In this document: positions 18,501 to 24,500 of the stretch, piece after piece
How the letters are laid out: each line of letters starts with the position of its first letter
How positions within the stretch are numbered: the first letter of the stretch is position 1
Assembly (NCBI GenBank): GCA_050287845.1
Contig: JBNKCR010000086.1
Coordinates: forward strand, 1-24,500
Source of the DNA: Polyangia bacterium
GTDB taxonomy: Bacteria > Myxococcota_A > Polyangia > JAAYKL01
Length of the DNA: 24,500 nucleotides
Reading direction: 5' to 3'
Notes under the pieces: generated by a model
What the model saw: only the letters and a program-made list of their open reading frames with translations
Database searches by the model: none
Told to the model about the DNA's origin: nothing
Program-made: the position numbers and the translations under genes

Positions 18501-18854
18501 TGACTTTCCGCTCAGGCCCACTGCCCGATTCTGGCGTGCGATGTCATCGGTGGAGAGCAGGGGCTGGTCCAATTCCGCCTGCGACCATCGGGACAGCCAG
18601 TAATTCAGTGTGCGATACTCTGGGGAAACCGCCGGAAAATCGCCATGGTGAATGGCTGTGGAGGGACAGTTCGGATTGGTTGAAGCGTGTCCCCCGGCGG
18701 TGATGGTTTTCTGATCGGAACGGGGAAGGGGGGCTGTGCCGGTGGCGGTGTCTTTGCAACCGGTCCATCCCGGGCTCATGCTCAGCAGTCCAATGACGGT
18801 GGTGTACCGTGAAAATCTGGATAGCCAGTTATGCTGGGGGCGAATGATGTTCAT
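15546..18854 (-). CDS. Large NlpC/P60-family cell-wall peptidase lipoprotein with an additional C-terminal papain-like domain
   Basis: Signal ending WTG-C. N-terminal half resembles SH3-containing NlpC/P60 lysins: YGYGG...DCS, PRNS..Q, GHIMFYLG, IHS. The C-terminal half has DCADLPYFLRAY and GHVMIV. Confidence 0.85.
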   Translation of the reverse strand: MNIIRPQHNWLSRFSRYTTVIGLLSMSPGWTGCKDTATGTAPLPRSDQKTITAGGHASTNPNCPSTAIHHGDFPAVSPEYRTLNYWLSRWSQAELDQPLLSTDDIARQNRAVGLSGKSPVTQWNLLDPIPRVKIAEDSKERFDLMGQRLKNRELVTENGAPVPPPLMKFVSLEAGTLRSDSEPPIWLVALSPVQIRCIPFDGPLYSADSDRAFDKNACSTVSPQEPFEVLGRWKNKMLFIRTRYAFGFIRPDAAVSPDVDISRRSAYMNAPAVRTEKTISADCNGETIQVPAYTILPIVNGHSVLVAGRSGFCTPDMPSDTTLTARPLTRRSFYETAFQYLDAAYGYGGSGNGMDCSRYVMNVLSAFHLFVPRNSAAQSQAGSFSLDVSQVTDLEQKLNYLNMAAQQGVVALYFPGHIMFYLGQTDDGVPMAIHSLGEYVRPCTPEAPDRGETVFRVKKVVVTDLSLGLGSSRKSFLERLTRIVVFGEKAGKTLDSLVRYRAAEPPALPSKDACSDSVQLRIFQSPRRLIIGEPARLIATGQTPSSRATLQIYAPDGSRITHQVHPLPGPPVTRWARFTPDATGTYTVVLGDGNTMYACDRFSVRTWRDPQKPRVEPGPYWQTRWKWEQDTENFFAAFVEQLFSFPPDVEISWRGLQTLLSDPDKNLLFNHLGDNEDTALNLNPDCADLPYFLRAYFSWKTGLPFGIRSCSRGREGRPPSCTEFQTNDQEAPFAEELDNESKIFERFANVVIGWNAHSASSRTHPGADDSDFYPVSLQKNALPPGTVFTDPYGHVMIVSQWVPQPLGGYGILMAVDAQPDGTIGRRRFWRGDFLFDNNIDSYGAGFKRFRPIVIEPREVDGEIIRVARTLENRELKRSRIFSRYSMAQYKGDVEDFYRRMQQLINPTPLNPEKLLRSRIDAFYDTVKRRVQAVDIGEKYMVQKEFAAIEMPEGAEIFQTEGPWEDYATPSRDMRLLIAMDAVLSTPDTVRQAPEQFGISKGSEINRVISRLISLLESEFDSKFIEYTRTDQSRWRLTLSEIIHRGKALELAYNPNDCPEIRWGAPEKSDERNTCKRSAPSEQLSRMKQYRQWFHTRTRPIRP

Positions 18855-19128
18855 TATGTTAATATTGATTTCTTTTAATTACTTATTCTTACAAATTAAT
18901 AGCATAAATCTCTTATCACTGCTTGCCCGAAAATGTAACCGGGAGACTGATGATCAGTGCACAGCGACGCGGTATTTGTTCGATAAAAATGGAATGATAT
19001 CAAATAATTCACCTTTTCCATCGGGGTCGTGCCACTATGAGACGGATTTAACGGTTTCTGTGTCACCAGTGTGATACATTAAAGAAAGCGTATTTGCGCT
19101 GGGAGCGCAGATAATGAGAGGAGCAACC

Positions 19129-19977
19129 ATGAAACAAGAAGCGTACATGCTACTGGTGCTGATGGGTGCGATATTCTGGATATTGGCCTGCAGTAATGGC
19201 AATGATGGTACTGGAGATGATAATAGTTCTTCGGATTCTGATACAGACTCGGACTCCGATTCAGACAGCGATACCGATACAGATACCGATACCGATTCTG
19301 ATGGTGACACCGATTCCGACAGTGATTCCGATTCTGATGGCGATGAACCCCCCCCCGGCGAGCTGACCGGGACCATCCGGGATTTTCAGCCGGAGACACA
19401 TCCGGATTTTGAATATGTGATTCGCACCGATCCGGGAATTGTGACCGATAGGCTGGGGGAGGATGCGAAACCGGTGTACGCGGGCGACGATAGTGGCACC
19501 GATTCCACCAATGGCCCGGAGGAATTCGCTCAGTGGTTCAACGATGTGGAAGATATTAACATGTCCATGCCATACACCCTGATTCTGGAAAGGGATTCAT
19601 CTGGCCAATGGGTGTACGACAATCAGGAGTTTTTCCCCATTGATGATGAACTTTTCGGGAACGACGGATACGATCACAACTATCATTTCACCTTTGAGCT
19701 GCATACCAGGTTCACCTACAACGGCGGCGAGGTATTCACATTTATTGGCGATGACGATCTCTGGGTATACATCAACGGCCGCCTTGCCATTGACCTGGGC
19801 GGTGTGCATGGCCCGCTGACCGGCACCGCAGATCTGGATGAGATGGCGGACGAGCTGGCTATCACTGAAGACAACCAGTATCGACTCGATTTCTTCTTCG
19901 CCGAGCGGCACACTTCTGAGTCTCATTTCCGCATCGAAACAACCATTGGGGATCTGGTGGCAATCCAGGTCGAATAA
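19129..19977 (+). CDS. Fibro-slime (PA14-like) domain lipoprotein
   Basis: ATG 19129 follows GAGAGGAG; lipobox ILA-C; DS/DT linker; IRDF..HPDFE, FFPID, HNYHFT, GDDDLWVYING.LAIDLGGVH and FFAERHT are fibro-slime motifs. Confidence 0.92.
   Translation: MKQEAYMLLVLMGAIFWILACSNGNDGTGDDNSSSDSDTDSDSDSDSDTDTDTDTDSDGDTDSDSDSDSDGDEPPPGELTGTIRDFQPETHPDFEYVIRTDPGIVTDRLGEDAKPVYAGDDSGTDSTNGPEEFAQWFNDVEDINMSMPYTLILERDSSGQWVYDNQEFFPIDDELFGNDGYDHNYHFTFELHTRFTYNGGEVFTFIGDDDLWVYINGRLAIDLGGVHGPLTGTADLDEMADELAITEDNQYRLDFFFAERHTSESHFRIETTIGDLVAIQVE
19228..19344 (+). repeat. Low-complexity 6-bp-period repeat encoding an Asp-Ser/Asp-Thr linker
   Basis: GATTCN/GATACN units encode SSDSDTDSDSDSDSDTDTDTDTDSDGDTDSDSDSDSDGD. 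Confidence 0.9.
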
Positions 19978-20047
19978 CGAATTTCCCCCCTTGCCCATCG
20001 AACCGTGATTTGTCAGAAATTTGTGCGTCCGGGAGTTGTGTCGTACA

Positions 20048-20893
20048 ATGTCCCACATGAGGTTCTCATTATGGACAATTGTAGGCATGCTGGCCATGAT
20101 ATACGTGTTGCCGGGCTGTGGTGCGGGAGGAGAAGGCAGCCGACGGAGCACATTGGCATCGAACAGTCGCACTCAAGCCGGACGCGGCGATTCTCGGCAA
20201 CGCAGGCAAAAGAATGGCCAGACGGTCCGTCACAGTGGCAATCTGAAAGGCAAGGGAAGCGACGCGGAGCACGAATCGCGGGAAGCGACGGAGAAACGGA
20301 TGGCCGGATGGAGTGTGACAGCGGATAAAGTGATGGCAGTGGCTCCGCTGGTGGAAAAGGCGGCCAGAGAGAACAATTTACCGGCGAGTCTGATTTACGG
20401 TGTGATTTGGGTGGAATCACGTTTCAATCCGGAAGCTGTATCCAGAGTGGGCGCCCGGGGACTGATGCAGCTCATGCCGAGGACCGCCGCGTATCTGGCG
20501 GAATGTATCGGCTGGGAGGGACGGATGAATTCGTTTGATCCGGCGTTCAACATTGCTGCGGGCAGCTATTACGTTGCTCGATTGATAAAACAGTTTGACG
20601 GGGATGTGGATTTGGCGCTGGCGGCATACAACGCGGGGCCAACCAATATCCGGCGGTGGATGAGCAATACCGGACTGCCCAAAGTATCGGTTGAATATTA
20701 TACGATGGTTCAGACTGCCCAGGCCTACTTTCCGACAGGTGGCGAGCCGGACGATGGCTCTGTGCATGACGGTTCTCTGCCATCCGATGATGATCTGGAT
20801 CGTCTGGGGCTCGCCATCCTGATTGCCGGACTTTCCCGTCACGATTTCGGAATGCTCCGCCCGGATGATGCCAATCCATTTGATGACATGTGA
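20048..20893 (+). CDS. Lytic transglycosylase (SLT domain) lipoprotein
   Basis: Lipobox LPG-C; VESRFNP.AVS, GARGLMQLMP.TA and ALAAYNAGP motifs. Start is ATG 20048 or 20057. Confidence 0.92.
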   Translation: MSHMRFSLWTIVGMLAMIYVLPGCGAGGEGSRRSTLASNSRTQAGRGDSRQRRQKNGQTVRHSGNLKGKGSDAEHESREATEKRMAGWSVTADKVMAVAPLVEKAARENNLPASLIYGVIWVESRFNPEAVSRVGARGLMQLMPRTAAYLAECIGWEGRMNSFDPAFNIAAGSYYVARLIKQFDGDVDLALAAYNAGPTNIRRWMSNTGLPKVSVEYYTMVQTAQAYFPTGGEPDDGSVHDGSLPSDDDLDRLGLAILIAGLSRHDFGMLRPDDANPFDDM

Positions 20894-20895
20894 TC

Positions 20896-20927
20896 CTGTT
20901 TGCCGGGGCCATATCAGCGGCAAACAG
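20896..20927 (+). terminator. Stem-loop immediately after the SLT gene (terminator or 3' stabiliser)
   Basis: Perfect 10-bp stem CTGTTTGCCG / CGGCAAACAG with a 12-nt loop, starting 3 nt after the stop; no U-tract follows. Confidence 0.45.
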
Positions 20928-21193
20928 AGGGGCTCAGTGCAGGAAATCGCATTTTTTCCACTCATTCTGGTGTGTTTCGGTGCACAACGTTACTGTAGAT
21001 GTGTGGCATAACGAACAATTATTTCCCGCATGGAGATAGATGATACCGTCCATTGGAGTGGTTTGGCTCCGGTATTGCGGATTCACTGTTGGGATGTTGT
21101 GATAGGTTTACACTGTAATGATTGATGTTATTTAACCTTACTATGAAGATTAAGACGATGAAGATTAAGTCAGAATGGAAAGAGGTAAGCGCA

Positions 21194-23809
21194 ATGCGTG
21201 GACGTATGTACCGAAGTTTGTCACTTGCTGTTATTGTTGTGAGTTTGTTCTGCTCAAGAGTCATGTTGGCCCAGGAACTCTATAATGCGCCAACAGAAGG
21301 CATTCAGCTGCCATCGCCCTCTGTAACGGAGGTGAATAATGCGACGGCAATTTCAACCAATCCGGCCAATATCGGATTTCTGGATTCCTGGAGTTTTGTG
21401 TATGCCGCAACCACCATGGGGGATCATTCCCATTTGCCGGGGCAGGGGCACGGGTTTTACTTTGCATTTCCCGCTGGGCCATTGGGGTTTGGGGTTGCCA
21501 CCGAGCTGCTGCTTCCCCATGAGTACATCCGCGATTGGCAGGGATTGGACAAACGCGGACGTCTGTCGCTTGCCATGTCTCTCAATCCATCCCGGGGACT
21601 GGGGCTGGGGATTGCCTATCGCCGGTCCATGCGAAACGATTTTGGCCCGGTGATGCACAGCCTGGATTTGAGTATTGCGGTTCGTCCCATCAATCAACTG
21701 AATGTGGCGTTCACGTACAGCGATGCCAATACCCCCGGCGTGACGTACAGTTCGATTTTTTATGAAAACAATCGTCTGCCTGCCCGTCATGAAGATGCGC
21801 CCAAGCGATTTGTTTCTGCAATGACCGTGCGGCCATTCGGCGATGATCGGGTCGCGCTCGGTGCTGAACTCCATTACATGCATGGGGACAGGAGGGTATT
21901 TGACACCATCAACAACAATTATGTTACCGATTCTTTCAAGCGGACTGACCTGCATGCGATGGCCACGGTCATGCTCACTGATGGTGTCTCACTTCGGGGT
22001 CGGTTTGTGGCTGAAGGGCTGCACAATGGAGAAATGGAGAATGGGTATTATCTGGATGCATCATTGTCGATTGATTCCGACCGGTTCCCGTTCGGTCTCC
22101 AGGTATCGCCGTATTACAAATTGTATCCGGAGGCCCACGATGGGTTCGAGGGTCTCAGTATGGCGGTCCAGTTCTCTGGCGATGTACCGCCGTCCATTCC
22201 TCTGGTTCTGGCACCGGCCCTCATCGTACCGTTTGAAATCAGCCGGGATCTGGAGAGCTTGGACATGACGCGTCTTATCAGTCGTCTGGAGCGGGCGCGA
22301 CGGGATCGCAGTGTGGACATGCTGTTGTTGAAACCACGAGCCCAATCGCTTTCTATAACCCAGGCCATGGAGGTTCGTGCCGAAGTGATAGCGGCCAATA
22401 ACGCGGGCAAACGAACGGTGTGCTATATCGAAGAAGCAGATGCATCCGCGTACCTGAGCTGCAGCGCGGCCAGTGAGATCTGGGTGAATCCCGCTGGGGG
22501 AATCCGTCTCGCCGGTTTGTCGGCCCAGACCATGTATTTCAAGGATTTGCTCGACAAGATTGGGGTGAAAGCAGATATCGTTCGCATCGGCCAATACAAG
22601 AGCGCACCGGAAGCATTTACAGAAACGGGTCCAACGCCACCCGCTGACGAAGCAATGAACCGGTTTATGGATTCGGTGTATGGCAAGCTCGTATGGGCTC
22701 TGCAGAAAGATCGCGACTTCAAAAGCGTCGCAGATACCCAAAAAGCCATCGAATCCGGGCCATTCCTGGCGTCAGAAGCATTGACCTACCGGATTGCCGA
22801 CAAAGTGGTGGCAGCCGATGAGCTGGAATCCGCTTTTGAGACGCTGCTCGGAACGCCGGTGTATGTTTCTGAAAACTACGGGCGGAAGCAGTTGCGGAGC
22901 CGCACCTATCTGGATTCGCCGTCGGTTGCCGTGCTTCATATAGAAGGCGACATTGTGGATGGGGAAAGCATGCACCTGCCCATGTTTGGTATACATCAGT
23001 CCGGCGCCAAAACCCTTACCGAGCAGATTCGCGCATTGAAGGAAGATAATCGGATTCGTGCAGTGGTGCTGCGAATCAACTCCCCGGGCGGGTCGGCGCT
23101 GGCGTCGGATTTGGTCTGGCGGGAAGTGATGGCGTTGCGGCAGGTGAAACCGGTAGTGGCATCTCTGGGAGATGTGGCGGCGTCGGGAGCGTACTATATT
23201 GCGTCCGCGGCAAATGTGATCGTGGCCGAATCCACCACACTGACTGGCTCAATTGGCATTTACTACGGCAAGGCGGATATTTCCGGATTGCTGGATAAAG
23301 TGGGGATTTCCACGAAGACGTATGCCCGCGGTACCCACGCGGACCTGCAGTCCTGGACCCGTTCATATACTGACGAAGAGCGGAAAAAGCTGATGTCGCA
23401 GATTCGCAAATTTTATCGGCTGTTCATCAGCCGCGTTTCCGAGGGGCGCGGCGACAAGCTGACAACCACCCAGGTGGACAAGCTGGGGCGTGGACGCATC
23501 TGGAGCGGCGCCGATGCCCGAAATCACAAGTTGGTCGATCGTACCGGCGGATATCAGGTGGCCCTTGACCACGCCCGGGCGCTGGGCAATATCCGCCCCG
23601 ACACCAGAGTGATTCACGTGCCCAAACCGGCAAGAGATATGCTGACCCTGATGGCCAGACGAATGGGCGGTGTACACGTTACCGAACAGAACCTGCTGAT
23701 GCTGTCATCTGAAGTCCAGGAAACCCTGAAAGCCGCGCTCCCCTTCACCATGTCCAACCATGCCGCCCCCCAGGCCAGACTGCCGTTTGCGATAATTGAA
23801 GCACACTGA
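21194..23809 (+). CDS. sppA: Signal peptide peptidase SppA (tandem S49 domains) with a ~300-aa N-terminal beta-strand-rich extension
   Basis: ATG 21194 follows AGAGGT; Sec-type signal (..VMLA/QE); GQYKSAPE, LRINSPGGSALASD, AASGAYY, TLTGSIG and GRIWSG motifs. Confidence 0.92.
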   Translation: MRGRMYRSLSLAVIVVSLFCSRVMLAQELYNAPTEGIQLPSPSVTEVNNATAISTNPANIGFLDSWSFVYAATTMGDHSHLPGQGHGFYFAFPAGPLGFGVATELLLPHEYIRDWQGLDKRGRLSLAMSLNPSRGLGLGIAYRRSMRNDFGPVMHSLDLSIAVRPINQLNVAFTYSDANTPGVTYSSIFYENNRLPARHEDAPKRFVSAMTVRPFGDDRVALGAELHYMHGDRRVFDTINNNYVTDSFKRTDLHAMATVMLTDGVSLRGRFVAEGLHNGEMENGYYLDASLSIDSDRFPFGLQVSPYYKLYPEAHDGFEGLSMAVQFSGDVPPSIPLVLAPALIVPFEISRDLESLDMTRLISRLERARRDRSVDMLLLKPRAQSLSITQAMEVRAEVIAANNAGKRTVCYIEEADASAYLSCSAASEIWVNPAGGIRLAGLSAQTMYFKDLLDKIGVKADIVRIGQYKSAPEAFTETGPTPPADEAMNRFMDSVYGKLVWALQKDRDFKSVADTQKAIESGPFLASEALTYRIADKVVAADELESAFETLLGTPVYVSENYGRKQLRSRTYLDSPSVAVLHIEGDIVDGESMHLPMFGIHQSGAKTLTEQIRALKEDNRIRAVVLRINSPGGSALASDLVWREVMALRQVKPVVASLGDVAASGAYYIASAANVIVAESTTLTGSIGIYYGKADISGLLDKVGISTKTYARGTHADLQSWTRSYTDEERKKLMSQIRKFYRLFISRVSEGRGDKLTTTQVDKLGRGRIWSGADARNHKLVDRTGGYQVALDHARALGNIRPDTRVIHVPKPARDMLTLMARRMGGVHVTEQNLLMLSSEVQETLKAALPFTMSNHAAPQARLPFAIIEAH

Positions 23810-23844
23810 CACTTTTTTTACTCAGAAGCGGTTTTTTTAATAAC

Positions 23845-23885
23845 CTCTCTTAAAATGACTCTCTTAAAATGACCTCTTAAAATGA
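23845..23885. repeat. Three tandem copies of a 13-14-bp unit
   Basis: CTCTCTTAAAATGA, CTCTCTTAAAATGA, CCTCTTAAAATGA. Confidence 0.9.
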
Positions 23886-24012
23886 CTCCGATTGTTTTTA
23901 CCTGAACATTCTTGCGGGATGGTTGGAGGGCGGCATTCAAGTTTTTATCTCGCGGGAAATCCCCGTGTGTGTGGAGATGAGAGCCTTTCCAAAATCGTAA
24001 GTTCGTATAAAC

Positions 24013-24270
24013 GCAAATCCTCGCCCTGTCCCAAATGCTTTCTCGGTTGACGGTTGCAGCACGCTTGTTTGAAAATTTCGAAATCTCAGAATTCCATCAT
24101 CTGGTGTGGCAGAAGAATATCTTCCGGGTCTCGGAGCAGGCGTTTGGTGGATTCCAGCAGATATTGATGGGGATTGATGCCGCATAGTTTGGCACTCTCG
24201 ATAAGGCTGTAGAAAATGGCGGCGACTTCAGTGCCGCGCAGTGATTCTGAACCGTAGTGATTTTTTCCCC
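24013..24270 (-). mobile_element. IS66-family remnant (right end only)
   Basis: Transposase C-terminal fragment plus a candidate decayed terminal repeat GCAAATCCTCGCCCTGTCCC (24013-24032). IS66 ends normally begin GTAA, so the boundary is tentative. Confidence 0.6.
24086..24270 (-). pseudogene. IS66 transposase (TnpC) C-terminal fragment
   Basis: GKNHYGSESLRGTEVAAIFYSLIESAKLCGINPHQYL matches the IS66 C-terminal pattern GRKN...GS..G...AA..YSLI..AKL.G..P..YL; no upstream DDE domain is present. Confidence 0.88.
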
Positions 24271-24333
24271 CAGCGAATTGGCCCAGCGAATTGGCCAGCG
24301 AATTAGCCACAGTAAATTGGCACAGTAAATTGG
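24271..24333. repeat. Five imperfect 12-13-bp tandem repeats at the transposase breakpoint
   Basis: CAGCGAATTGGCC, CAGCGAATTGGC, CAGCGAATTAGC, CACAGTAAATTGG, CACAGTAAATTGG. Confidence 0.85.
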
Positions 24334-24500
24334 CTCAGAGTGATTATTGTTCCGTTGTGCGAAGTTTGGATATGCGCGATGAATCTGCGGTTGATTTGAT
24401 ATTTTGTTCAGGGTTCAGACGGAATGTGCCAGGTTCGTGTCGGGCGATTTGTGGTCACGCTGTCCTCGATTGAATTGCTCGTCGGGAAATCGTACAGTCC

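Noticed and set aside
19020..19040. Sigma54 promoter (TGGCACG on the minus strand)
   Set aside because: The -24 element matches but there is no TTGC at the -12 position.
21122..21193. ORF-track start of sppA at 21122
   Set aside because: ATG 21194 has an RBS-like AGAGGT and yields a proper signal peptide; the upstream part is AT-rich and promoter-like.
24271..24310. N-terminal MANSLANSLGQFA of the 74-aa ORF as real protein sequence
   Set aside because: It is the translation of the tandem DNA repeat fused by chance to the transposase fragment.
23845..24333. CRISPR array
   Set aside because: The repeats are only 12-14 bp, directly adjacent with no spacers, and no cas genes are present.

Overview
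Bacterial chromosomal window, most consistent with a Myxococcota/deltaproteobacterial genome (inferred from Asp-Ser/Asp-Thr linker lipoproteins, a fibro-slime protein, an FHA-like sigma54 activator, the rny-ymdB pair and tandem lspA). The housekeeping core is rny-ymdB, a sigma54 enhancer-binding protein and ileS-lspA-lspA, all on the minus strand. To its left are a CBM6/Cys-rich lipoprotein, a 1117-aa degenerate methyltransferase/coiled-coil protein and a convergent degenerate glycogen-synthase-like gene. To its right is an envelope block: an NlpC/P60 lipoprotein with an apparent second papain-like catalytic domain, a fibro-slime lipoprotein, an SLT lipoprotein and an SppA (S49) protease with a PorV/FadL-like N-terminal beta-rich region. 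The window ends with an IS66 relic and short tandem repeats. No rRNA, tRNA or CRISPR array was seen. The best leads are the barrel-like SppA fusion, the two-active-site NlpC/P60 protein, two LspA paralogues sharing a Cys-containing insertion, an IleRS with KYSKS instead of KMSKS, and the adjacent pair of apparent pseudo-enzymes. All calls come from reading motifs by eye; no searches were run.
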